The notes beneath the pieces were generated by a model. The model ran no database searches, was not told the origin of the DNA, and saw only the letters and a program-made list of their open reading frames with translations. From Rickettsiales bacterium (GTDB lineage Bacteria; Pseudomonadota; Alphaproteobacteria; Rickettsiales; UBA3002), in assembly GCA_044239745.1 (NCBI GenBank), contig JBIIAV010000003.1:1-37290 (forward strand): 37,290 nucleotides of DNA, given 5' to 3'. A program made the position numbers and the translations under genes. Below, one piece after another: positions 7,444 to 16,164 of this stretch. Every line of letters begins with the position of its first letter. Within the stretch, counting starts at the first letter, position 1.

Positions 7444-8991
7444 ATGAGCAGACCACGACCCATCGTTTTGTGCATCCTCGACGGCTGGGGCGAGAGCGAC
7501 ACGCGTGAGCACAACGCCATTGCACAGGCCGCCACCCCGAACTGGGATCGTTTGCGCGCCACCTACCCCTTCGCCACCTTAAGCGCTTCGGAGCATGATG
7601 TCGGCCTACCGGCGGGACAAATGGGCAACTCCGAGGTCGGGCACATGAACATCGGCGCGGGGCGCATCGTCATGCAGGAGCTGCCACGCATCGACGCGTC
7701 GGTGGCCGATGGGTCGCTTGCAAAAAATGCTGCACTTCAAACCTACATCGCCGCGCTGAAACGATCCGGCGGTACCTGCCATCTGCTCGGGCTACTCTCC
7801 GACGGCGGCGTGCACGCCCACCAAGCGCACATCGCAGCACTCGCCACCATTGTTGCAAGCCACGGCGTGCCCGTCGCCGTGCATGCGTTTTTGGATGGGC
7901 GCGATACTTCGCCCAAATCTGCGCTCGGTTATGTTGCCGCATTTGAGGCAGCGACAAAAGCGCACCCAGCCATCCGCATCGCAACCATCAGCGGTCGCTA
8001 CTACGCCATGGACCGCGACAAACGTTGGGAGCGCGTGCAAGCTGCCACTGCCACGCTGGTCGATGCGGCGGGCGCCACTGCCACCACCGCCGCCGATGCC
8101 GTGACGCACGGATATGCCGCCGGCCTCACCGACGAATTCATCCTGCCGACGGTGATCGAAGGATACCACGGTATGAAGGACGGCGACGGCATCGTGATGG
8201 CGAATTTCCGTGCCGACCGTGCACGCCAATTGCTGCACGCGCTGATCGATCCCGCTTTCAGCGCCTTCGCGCAGGCGCGGCGCGTCAACTTCGCCGCCAC
8301 TCTTGGCATGGTGGAATACAGCGACGCCCTCGCCGCCATGATGCCCGCCCTGTTCCCACCGCAAACGCTGGCGAACAATCTTGGCGAGTTGGTCGCCAAC
8401 GCCGGCATGCGGCAACTGCGCATCGCCGAGACCGAGAAATACGCCCATGTCACCTTTTTCTTCAACGGCGGGCGCGAGGAGCCGTTCTCGGGCGAGGACC
8501 GCATCTTGGTGCCCTCCCCCAAGGTCGCAACCTACGACCTCAAGCCCGAAATGTCGGCGCCGGAAGTGACAGATAAGCTCGTCGCCGCCATCCTTAGCAG
8601 CACCTACGACCTCATCGTCGTCAATTATGCTAACACCGACATGGTCGGGCATTCGGGCGATCTTGCCGCTTCCATGAAAGCGGTCGAGGCGGTGGATGCC
8701 TGCCTCGGACGATTGGCCGATGCCATCGACAGAAGCGGCGGCGCCATGCTCATCACCGCCGATCATGGCAATGCCGAATGCCTGCATGACGACGATTCCG
8801 GCCAAGCCCACACTGCCCACACCCTCAATTTCGTGCCCTGCCTGCTGGTGGGGGCGCATTTCAAGGCGTTGCCCAAGCAGCTTGGCCACGGCATCCTTGC
8901 CGATATCGCACCCACGTTGTGCACGTTGCTCGCGCTCACCCCACCGCCTGAGATGACAGGCCGAAACCTGCTTGCCCATGCGCGCCCGTAG
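7444..8991 (+). CDS. gpmI: 2,3-bisphosphoglycerate-independent phosphoglycerate mutase
   Basis: PIVLCILDGWG, MGNSEVGHMNIGAGR, FLDGRDT, TADHGNAE; 515 aa. Confidence 0.96.
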   Translation: MSRPRPIVLCILDGWGESDTREHNAIAQAATPNWDRLRATYPFATLSASEHDVGLPAGQMGNSEVGHMNIGAGRIVMQELPRIDASVADGSLAKNAALQTYIAALKRSGGTCHLLGLLSDGGVHAHQAHIAALATIVASHGVPVAVHAFLDGRDTSPKSALGYVAAFEAATKAHPAIRIATISGRYYAMDRDKRWERVQAATATLVDAAGATATTAADAVTHGYAAGLTDEFILPTVIEGYHGMKDGDGIVMANFRADRARQLLHALIDPAFSAFAQARRVNFAATLGMVEYSDALAAMMPALFPPQTLANNLGELVANAGMRQLRIAETEKYAHVTFFFNGGREEPFSGEDRILVPSPKVATYDLKPEMSAPEVTDKLVAAILSSTYDLIVVNYANTDMVGHSGDLAASMKAVEAVDACLGRLADAIDRSGGAMLITADHGNAECLHDDDSGQAHTAHTLNFVPCLLVGAHFKALPKQLGHGILADIAPTLCTLLALTPPPEMTGRNLLAHARP

Positions 8992-10123
8992 GTTGGTTTT
9001 AGCACTATGGTTCATTGCGGCCGGTGCGTCGGCGCAGGCACCGCAACAGCAGCTCAACACCACGCTTGAGAATCTCGCCAAGACCAAGGAGGCCGAAGCC
9101 GCCCTTAAGCAAAAGATCGAGGCGACGGAAAGCGATATGCAGGCGATGCGCGAGCGCGCCGCAGGGCTGGCCGAACAGCTGCAAAAAAGCGAGCAGCGCG
9201 TGACGTCGCAGGAAGAAGCGCTCGATAAGGTGACCGATCAACTAAGCGCCAAACGCAGCGAGTTCGAGTCACGCAAGGCGGATTATGCCGCCACCGTTCT
9301 CAGCTTGCTGCGGGTGCGCAACGTACCGCCGACGGCCGTATTCTCCTCCGCCGACGATATCCAGCAATTGCTGCGCACCGCCAGCGTGCTTGAAAAGACC
9401 AACGCCGCCGTTGCCGCCAAAGCAACACGGTTGCGCAGCGACATGTCGCAACTCAAGAAATTACAGACCGATGCCAAGCAACGCGATATCACCACCCGCA
9501 GTGAAAAAGAAAAACTGCGTAGCGAGCGCGAGAACCTCGCGCGTGAGCTGGCGGCGCGCCAGAAGCTACAGGCCAAACTAAGCGCCGATCATGCCCGCGC
9601 CGAGGCCAAGGTCGCCGCCCTCTCGCGCGAGTCGGAGTCGCTGCAGGAGCTCATCGGCAAACTGGCCGAGAACGAGAAAACCCAAGCGGCGCCCGCAAAG
9701 AAAAATAACCTGCGCAGTTTCGATGGCAAGAAGGGCAGCCTGCGCGCGCCCGTCGCCGGTGAGATCGTCCACCGCTTCGGCGACCGCCAAGCCAGCAACG
9801 GCACCTATCGCGGCATGGTGTTCAAAACGCGGGCGGGGGCAACGGTGGTGGCACCCTACGACGGCGAAGTCGCCTTCACCGGTCCGTTCCGCGACTATGG
9901 CAACATGGTGCTCATCAAACATAAGAACGGCTACATCTCGCTGATCGCGGGTCTGGGCAAGATCAACACCAGCCTCAATCAGGCAGCCATTCGCGGCGAG
10001 CCCATCGGCACCATGCCCGAAAGCGGCAATGCCGAGGCCTATGTCGAATTACGTGACAGTGCTGCCAAGCCTATTGACCCCGCCGACTGGTTCGCTAATG
10101 TCGTCGGTAAATCGGCACCTTAA
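8978..10123 (+). CDS. envC: EnvC-like murein hydrolase activator (coiled coil plus degenerate LytM/M23 domain)
   Basis: The signal peptide is MRARRLVLALWFIAAGASAQA. A long Q/E/K/A-rich coiled coil follows. The C-terminal LytM fold is ...APVAGEIVHRFG...VVAPYDGEVAFTG...GNMVLIKHKNGYISLIAGL. It sits downstream of gpmI, as E. coli envC does. The ORF track starts at a TTG at 8972. Confidence 0.8.
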   Translation: MRARRLVLALWFIAAGASAQAPQQQLNTTLENLAKTKEAEAALKQKIEATESDMQAMRERAAGLAEQLQKSEQRVTSQEEALDKVTDQLSAKRSEFESRKADYAATVLSLLRVRNVPPTAVFSSADDIQQLLRTASVLEKTNAAVAAKATRLRSDMSQLKKLQTDAKQRDITTRSEKEKLRSERENLARELAARQKLQAKLSADHARAEAKVAALSRESESLQELIGKLAENEKTQAAPAKKNNLRSFDGKKGSLRAPVAGEIVHRFGDRQASNGTYRGMVFKTRAGATVVAPYDGEVAFTGPFRDYGNMVLIKHKNGYISLIAGLGKINTSLNQAAIRGEPIGTMPESGNAEAYVELRDSAAKPIDPADWFANVVGKSAP

Positions 10124-10170
10124 TGATATACAACAACGTCGAGTCACTTCTTACCTTGCACGGATCACTC

Positions 10171-11586
10171 ATGCGTCACACTTCCCGCTTTCTGTTCGCC
10201 TTGCTTGCCTCGACCCACCTCGCCTACGCCGCCACCCCCGCGGTCGCCGCCCCCAAAGCAAGCGAAAGCTCGACCTACGAGCTGCTCAATCTCTTCGGCG
10301 AAGTGTTCGACCGCGTGCGCACCGATTATGTCGAGCCGGTGGCCGACGACAAACTCATCGAATCTGCCCTCAACGGCATGCTGACCTCGCTCGATCCGCA
10401 CAGCAACTACATGAACGAGAAAAGCTTCGCCGACATGAAGATCCAGACCAAAGGCGAATTCGGCGGTCTGGGCATCGAGGTGACGATGGAGAACGGCCTC
10501 GTCAAAGTCGTCTCGCCGATCGACGACACACCCGCGGCCAAGGCCGGCGTCAAGCCGGGCGATTTCATCAGCGAGATCGATTCGACCGCCGTCATGGGGC
10601 TGACCTTGCAAGAAGCGGTCGAGAAAATGCGCGGCCATGTCGGCAGCACCGTGCGCATCACCATCCTGCGCGAGGGGCTGAAGGAGCCGCTGGTCGTTTC
10701 CATCAAGCGCGACCTCATCAAGATCCAATCCGTGCGTAGCCGCAGCGAGGACGACATCGCCTACCTGCGCATCACCTCCTTCTCCGAGAATACGGCCGAC
10801 GCCATGGTCTCCGCCTTCGAGAAAGAGAAAAAAGTCATCGGCCCCAAACTGAAGGGCGTGGTGCTCGATCTGCGCAACAATCCAGGCGGGCTGCTCGATC
10901 AGGCCATCGAAATCTCCGATGCCTTCCTCGACCACGGCGAGATCGTCTCGACGCGTTCGCGCAAAAGCGAGGACTCGCGCCGCTATAGCGCCAAATCGGG
11001 CGATATCGCCAACGGCCTGCCCATCGTGGTGCTCATCAACGAGGGTTCGGCCTCGGCGTCGGAGATTGTCGCCGGTGCGTTGAAGGATCATAAACGCGCG
11101 GTCGCGATGGGCATGAAGTCCTTCGGCAAAGGCTCGGTGCAGACTGTGATCCCGATCGACAATCACGGCGCTATCCGCCTGACGACGGCGCGCTACTACA
11201 CCCCATCGGGCATCTCGATTCAGGCCAAGGGCATCACGCCGGATATCATGGTCGAGCAAGCCAAGGTTGAGACCTTGAAGAACGCTGGCAACTTCTCGGA
11301 AGAGAGCCTGCCGGGTCACCTCGTCAACGATCAGTCGAAGGACGACCCCGCGCCCACCTTGCCCGATCCGAAGAAGGATAAGGATAAGAAGGACGATAAG
11401 CGCAGCGACAAGAAGGATGATAAAAAAGACGATAAGAAGGATGATAAAAAGGATGCCGCGGCAGATTATCAGCTCAGCCGCGCGCTCGATCTCATCCGCG
11501 CCCTATCGATCTATCAACGCAACGGCGACGCAGTTCCTGCGCCAACGGAAGCGGTGCCGGCAGCAACCCCTAGCGATAAAAAATGA
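10171..11586 (+). CDS. ctpA: carboxy-terminal processing protease (S41) with a Lys/Asp-repeat C-terminal tail
   Basis: Signal peptide MRHTSRFLFALLASTHLAYA, a PDZ region (GGLGIEV...GVKPGDFISEID), DLRNNPGGLL and NEGSASASEI. The ORF-track start at 10123 precedes the signal peptide. Confidence 0.92.
   Translation: MRHTSRFLFALLASTHLAYAATPAVAAPKASESSTYELLNLFGEVFDRVRTDYVEPVADDKLIESALNGMLTSLDPHSNYMNEKSFADMKIQTKGEFGGLGIEVTMENGLVKVVSPIDDTPAAKAGVKPGDFISEIDSTAVMGLTLQEAVEKMRGHVGSTVRITILREGLKEPLVVSIKRDLIKIQSVRSRSEDDIAYLRITSFSENTADAMVSAFEKEKKVIGPKLKGVVLDLRNNPGGLLDQAIEISDAFLDHGEIVSTRSRKSEDSRRYSAKSGDIANGLPIVVLINEGSASASEIVAGALKDHKRAVAMGMKSFGKGSVQTVIPIDNHGAIRLTTARYYTPSGISIQAKGITPDIMVEQAKVETLKNAGNFSEESLPGHLVNDQSKDDPAPTLPDPKKDKDKKDDKRSDKKDDKKDDKKDDKKDAAADYQLSRALDLIRALSIYQRNGDAVPAPTEAVPAATPSDKK
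11371..11455 (+). repeat. imperfect 12-nt tandem repeat inside ctpA encoding (K/D)n
   Basis: Units such as gataagaaggac / gacaagaaggat / gataaaaaagac / gataagaaggat / gataaaaaggat encode KKDKDKKDDKRSDKKDDKKDDKKDDKKD. Confidence 0.8.
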
Positions 11587-11595
11587 GGCTGATGC

Positions 11596-13104
11596 ATGGC
11601 GGGCGGACGAAAACTTAGCGTGCCTCGTCCTCAAGGAGTTGTGCTGTGGGGCAGCGTTGCCGCACTTCTATCGCTTGGCCTGCTCACCACGTTGATCGAC
11701 CTGTCCGGCCTCCCCGGCCGCGAAGTGGCGCGCGCCACGGCCGCACAACAACGCTTCGTGGTCAACCCCGCCACCGGCGAGGTGCTGCTAAGTGCACCGG
11801 CCACCAAAGCACCCGACCCTGCGGAAACCTCGCACGCTGCTGAACCGGCCGAGCCGGACGTAACCGCGGCGGCGAAGGAATCGTTCGATGTTGCAACGGC
11901 GGAGGAAGCCCACGCACCCGCACCGCAAGCTGCCACGGAGATTACACCCGCGGAGACACCCGCAGCGGCGGAGCCACCTCCGGCGGAACCTGCTGCCACC
12001 ACGAGCGATGCTGCGGCACCGGTGCCTGCCGTGGAAGCCATATCCATCAACCCCGTGGTGGACGCACCGCTGCCGGACGGATTGCCGACCTTGCGGCAAA
12101 CCCCCATCACCGCCGATCTCAATGCACCCGTCGCCACCAAGGATAGCTTAGTCAGCGCCCCCGCGCCGGAAGTCACCGAAACGATCGACGGCATGAAGCT
12201 GCCCAAGCGCGGCGAAAAAGGTGCGACACCATCAAAGCTTTATGCCTTTCCGTTCCAACGCAAGAACGAACAGGTGCTGCTATCGTTTGTCGTCATGGAT
12301 GCCGGCATCGACCAGCAATCCCTTGGCTTGCTGCTTGGCCTGCCGAAGGAAGTGACCGTGGCCTATTCACCCTATGCCCGCGGCAACATCCGTTACAGCG
12401 AGAACTTGCGCGCACTCGGCCATGAGCTTTGGGCGATGCTTCCCGCCATGACCGACCGCTACCCCAGCGACGATCCGGGGCCCATGGGCATTGTCAACCG
12501 CATGCCGGCCGAAGAAATTATCCGCCGCCTGCGCGAGGTCATGGGCACGGTGCAAGGCAGTGTCGGCATCGTCCTGCCACCGAACGAGACCCTCAGCGGC
12601 CAGCAGAATGCGTTGCTGCCCATCATCAACGAGATCAACGATCGCGGCCTGTTCATGCTTTCCACCAACCCCAGCCGCAGTATCGACCGCCTGACCACCA
12701 AGACCGAGCTCATGCCCATTCTTCGCCGCGCCGATCTGGTGCTCGACCCCGAACCGAATGAAGCACAGATTCGTAGCCGTCTGGCCGGTATCGTTGCCGC
12801 TACCACCGAAAAAGGCGAATACCTCGTCGTGCTTTCGGCGCGGCCGCAGACCCTGCAATTATTGGGTGACTGGCTGCGCGACAACCCAATGGTCGAGCCG
12901 ATGATGCTCGCCCCGCTTTCTGCACTCTACCAGCCGCGCGAGGTGCCCAAAGCAGCCGAGCCGGCAAAGGCCGAAGAAGGGCATGGCGGCGGCGAGGAGA
13001 AGAAAAAAGAAAAACCGAAGCCCAAGCCGAAGAAAGAAAAGCCGCTGCCGCAGGACAAATACAAGCAACCCGCCGCCGGTAAAAAAGAAGCTGGCGGCCA
13101 CTAA
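11596..13104 (+). CDS. divergent polysaccharide deacetylase family protein (YibQ-like) with a Pro/Ala/Glu-rich linker and a Lys-rich tail
   Basis: It has an N-terminal TM segment and a P/A/E-rich segment. The core is LLSFVVMDAGIDQQSLGLLLGLPKEVTVAYSPYA...GHELWAMLPAM...GPMGI...GIVLPPNETLSGQQNALLPIINEINDRGLFMLSTNP, as in YibQ-type proteins. Synteny with gpmI-envC matches E. coli gpmM-envC-yibQ. Confidence 0.7.
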   Translation: MAGGRKLSVPRPQGVVLWGSVAALLSLGLLTTLIDLSGLPGREVARATAAQQRFVVNPATGEVLLSAPATKAPDPAETSHAAEPAEPDVTAAAKESFDVATAEEAHAPAPQAATEITPAETPAAAEPPPAEPAATTSDAAAPVPAVEAISINPVVDAPLPDGLPTLRQTPITADLNAPVATKDSLVSAPAPEVTETIDGMKLPKRGEKGATPSKLYAFPFQRKNEQVLLSFVVMDAGIDQQSLGLLLGLPKEVTVAYSPYARGNIRYSENLRALGHELWAMLPAMTDRYPSDDPGPMGIVNRMPAEEIIRRLREVMGTVQGSVGIVLPPNETLSGQQNALLPIINEINDRGLFMLSTNPSRSIDRLTTKTELMPILRRADLVLDPEPNEAQIRSRLAGIVAATTEKGEYLVVLSARPQTLQLLGDWLRDNPMVEPMMLAPLSALYQPREVPKAAEPAKAEEGHGGGEEKKKEKPKPKPKKEKPLPQDKYKQPAAGKKEAGGH

Positions 13105-13592
13105 TGACGGCATTCGCGCACCTGCCCTATCGCCGCGGTGTCGGCATGATGCTGCTGAATGCGAAGGGTGACGTGTTCGTCGCCAAACGTCTCGATAGCA
13201 CTGCCGAAGCATGGCAAATGCCGCAAGGCGGTATCGATGCCGGCGAAGACCCACGCACGGCCGCGCTGCGCGAGTTGAAGGAGGAAGTGGGAACGGATAA
13301 CGCCACCATCCTCGCCGAATCCAAGGATTGGCACCGCTACGACCTGCCCGACGCGCTGGTGCCCATCATCTGGAAAGGGCGCTACCGCGGGCAGGAGCAA
13401 AAATGGTTCGCGCTGCGGCTGAACGGCGACGACGCGCTCATCAACATCCATGATGGCGAGCACCCCGAATTTTCCGAATGGAAATGGGTGCCGATGGAAA
13501 CATTGCCGTCACTGATCGTGCCCTTCAAGCGCGACCTTTACGCCGCACTGGTCGCGGAGTTTGCATCTTTACAGCTCCCTCAAAGGCACTGA
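13104..13592 (+). CDS. rppH: RNA pyrophosphohydrolase (Nudix)
   Basis: YRRGVGMMLLNAKGDVFVAKR...WQMPQGGIDAGEDPRTAALRELKEEVG carries the Nudix box in RppH context. It has a TAATG overlap with the preceding gene. Confidence 0.9.
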   Translation: MTAFAHLPYRRGVGMMLLNAKGDVFVAKRLDSTAEAWQMPQGGIDAGEDPRTAALRELKEEVGTDNATILAESKDWHRYDLPDALVPIIWKGRYRGQEQKWFALRLNGDDALINIHDGEHPEFSEWKWVPMETLPSLIVPFKRDLYAALVAEFASLQLPQRH

Positions 13593-13593
13593 A

Positions 13594-14619
13594 ATGACCC
13601 ATGACATTCTCTATGTAGGTAGCACCACGCTTGATTATGTTTTTCCTGATCGCATCGGTATTATCTCCGGCAGTGCGGCGCGAAGTGCTGCCGCCACAGC
13701 CATGGCGAACCCTAACCATACCAAAATCGGTTTGGTTACTACATTAGGCATGGGAGATTCATCGCAAGACAGCATACGGACTATATTCAGGGAAATGGGA
13801 GTTCACGTCTTTTCGCAGGCGGATGCTAAAATTCCGATTAGTATTTACGATGAAGGTTATGGGCAAAAACCCTCGCGCCAATTTAAAAAAGAGGATTTCG
13901 TATTTTTGCCTCACGAGGCATACACTGAAGTTGCGCGCTCTCCTCGCGTTGCTGTTTTTTCTGGCGGTCAGACCATCTATAACAAGCAACCTATGCAACG
14001 CTTTGCTCAAAGCCTTGCAGCAAAAGGCTCCACGATTGTGCTCGATATCAATTCACGCAAACCCGTGGCGATCGAGGCGTCGCGCGCTTGGGCGCAACAA
14101 GCTCATATCGTTAAACTTGCAACCGTTGATATCCCGCACATGATGGATGGATCTGCCGAAACGGATGCTGCCGCAAAAACATTTCTAGACTGGGGAAAAG
14201 AAAGCCCCCATGGGACACGGCTGGTTTGTGTTACCATGGGTGGTGCGGGCACCAAGGCATATTGGTACGAAAATAATTCTATAAAAACACTTACCGTTCC
14301 ACCTTCTGAAACGCTTCATGTGAAGGATGACGTCGGTGCGGGCGATGCGTTTGATGCAGGGGTTGCGCTAGCCTGCAGCGAACTTGGTATTACGTCACAC
14401 AGCATTGACACACAACTGAACGAAGAAAGCGTGCGTCAGATCGTAACGCGGGGCAATGAACTGGCGGTGCATGTACTTCGTGTGAATAATGGGCCTGAGC
14501 AACAACGTCCGGCCTTCTGTCAATCCGTCACCAATGGTAACGCGTTAGAAGATATCGTTACCTCTATTTACCCAGCCCCGAAAATAGCGGCTAGCAGCAA
14601 AGAAGCGCTCACGCGATAA
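13594..14619 (+). CDS. PfkB-family (ribokinase-like) carbohydrate or small-molecule kinase, substrate unknown
   Basis: ILYVGSTTLDYVF is at the N-terminus. ...VTMGGAGT... and DDVGAGDAFDAGVA match the PfkB signature-2 / anion-hole motif. The ATG at 13594 lies 1 nt after the rppH stop. G+C is markedly lower than in the neighbours. Confidence 0.75.
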   Translation: MTHDILYVGSTTLDYVFPDRIGIISGSAARSAAATAMANPNHTKIGLVTTLGMGDSSQDSIRTIFREMGVHVFSQADAKIPISIYDEGYGQKPSRQFKKEDFVFLPHEAYTEVARSPRVAVFSGGQTIYNKQPMQRFAQSLAAKGSTIVLDINSRKPVAIEASRAWAQQAHIVKLATVDIPHMMDGSAETDAAAKTFLDWGKESPHGTRLVCVTMGGAGTKAYWYENNSIKTLTVPPSETLHVKDDVGAGDAFDAGVALACSELGITSHSIDTQLNEESVRQIVTRGNELAVHVLRVNNGPEQQRPAFCQSVTNGNALEDIVTSIYPAPKIAASSKEALTR

Positions 14620-14626
14620 ACCGACC

Positions 14627-15532
14627 CTAGGCCTGAATCATGGTGCTGGCACCATGCTCGGTGAAGGTCTCGATCAGCAACACATGCGGAATGCGGCCAT
14701 CGAGGATATGGGCTTGCGAAACGCCGGATTTGAGAGCGTTGACGCAGGTCTCGACCTTCGGGATCATGCCGCCGGTGATGGTACCGTCCGCCAGCAATTC
14801 ATCGATCTCTTTCGCGTCGATGCTGCTGATGAGTTGCTTGTCCTTGGTTAAAATACCCGCGACATCGGTCAGCATCATCAGCTTGGTGGCCTTCAGCGCC
14901 GAGGCGATGGCGCCGGCAGCGGTGTCGGCGTTGATATTGTAGGTCTCGCCGTTGGGGCCCATGCCGATCGGCGCGATGACGGGGATCATGCCGCTGGCGA
15001 CGATATTCTCGATCGCTTTCGGGTTGATCTTGGTCGGCTCGCCGACGAAACCCAGATCAAGCACACGCTCGATATTGCTATCGGGGTCCTTCTTGGTGCG
15101 GCGCAATTGCTGCGCCTCGATCAGGTTGCCGTCCTTACCGGAAATACCGATGGCGGTGCCGCCCATCTGGTTGATGGCGGTGACGATCTGTTTGTTGATG
15201 CTGCCCGAAAGCACCATCTCCACCACCTCGACGGCCGATTGGTCGGTGACGCGCAGCCCGTCGATGAAGCTCGACTGGATTTTCAGGCGCTCCAGCATCG
15301 CGCCGATTTGTGGGCCGCCGCCATGCACCACCACCGGATTGATGCCGACGGTCTTGAGGATCACGATATCGCGCGCGAAAGTTTCCGCCGTGCGCTCGTT
15401 GCCCATGGCGTTGCCGCCGTATTTGATGACGAACGTGTGGCCGGCGAACCGTTGGATATAAGGCAGCGCTTCGCTCACCGTCTTTGCGGTGCGCAGCAGC
15501 AATTCCTTCGTTTTTATCGTCTTAATTTCCAT
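14627..15532 (-). CDS. argB: acetylglutamate kinase
   Basis: LPYIQRFAGHTFVIKYGGNAMG, VVVHGGGPQI, NINADTAAGAIA. Confidence 0.96.
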   Translation of the reverse strand: MEIKTIKTKELLLRTAKTVSEALPYIQRFAGHTFVIKYGGNAMGNERTAETFARDIVILKTVGINPVVVHGGGPQIGAMLERLKIQSSFIDGLRVTDQSAVEVVEMVLSGSINKQIVTAINQMGGTAIGISGKDGNLIEAQQLRRTKKDPDSNIERVLDLGFVGEPTKINPKAIENIVASGMIPVIAPIGMGPNGETYNINADTAAGAIASALKATKLMMLTDVAGILTKDKQLISSIDAKEIDELLADGTITGGMIPKVETCVNALKSGVSQAHILDGRIPHVLLIETFTEHGASTMIQA

Positions 15533-15537
15533 GGTGC

Positions 15538-16158
15538 CTATACCCTGCCTGTCAATGCTTCAATAACAGCATCCTGTAATGCGTCAATCCCTTGTCTGTC
15601 GTGGGCGCTGGTCGTGACGATGCTTGGATGCGCCGCCGGATGCTTCTTGGCCACCGCCAGCACCTGTTCCTGCACCGCGCCCAGATCCTCGGCCTTGTCC
15701 GATTTAGTGAGCACGAACTGGTAGGATACGGCCGAGTCATCCAAGCGCTCCAGCATCTCGTTATCGGCCTGTTTGACACCGTGGCGGGCATCGACAAGCA
15801 CGAACGCCCGCGCCAGTTGCTTGCGACCGCGCAGGTAATCGAACAGCAGGTTCTGCCATTGCTTTACATCCTTCTTGCCTGCTTTTGCATAGCCGTAACC
15901 GGGTACATCCACCAGATGCAGCAGCTCGTGGAGGTTGAAGAAATTCAACTGCCGTGTCGCCCCGGGCGTGCCGGAGGTTCGGGCGAGACTGCCATGGTTG
16001 ACCAGCGCGTTGAGCAGGCTCGATTTGCCGACATTGCTGCGGCCGATGAACGCCACTTCCGGCAGCGTCAGCTCGGGGAATTGCTCCATCGTCGCCACCC
16101 CTGCCACGAACCGGATCGGCTTGGCGAACAACGCGCGTGTGAGGGGTGTTTCCGTCAT
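15538..16158 (-). CDS. engB: ribosome biogenesis GTP-binding protein YsxC/EngB
   Basis: PEVAFIGRSNVGKSSLLNAL, LVDVPGYGYA, LTKSDK. It lies downstream of yidC, as is typical. Confidence 0.93.
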   Translation of the reverse strand: MTETPLTRALFAKPIRFVAGVATMEQFPELTLPEVAFIGRSNVGKSSLLNALVNHGSLARTSGTPGATRQLNFFNLHELLHLVDVPGYGYAKAGKKDVKQWQNLLFDYLRGRKQLARAFVLVDARHGVKQADNEMLERLDDSAVSYQFVLTKSDKAEDLGAVQEQVLAVAKKHPAAHPSIVTTSAHDRQGIDALQDAVIEALTGRV

Positions 16159-16164
16159 CGCGAG

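Noticed and set aside
7792-9087. A 431-aa ORF on the minus strand.
   Set aside because: It lies exactly antisense to gpmI/envC, which have unmistakable protein signatures. Its Arg/Gly/His/Asp-rich composition is typical of open antisense frames in GC-rich DNA.
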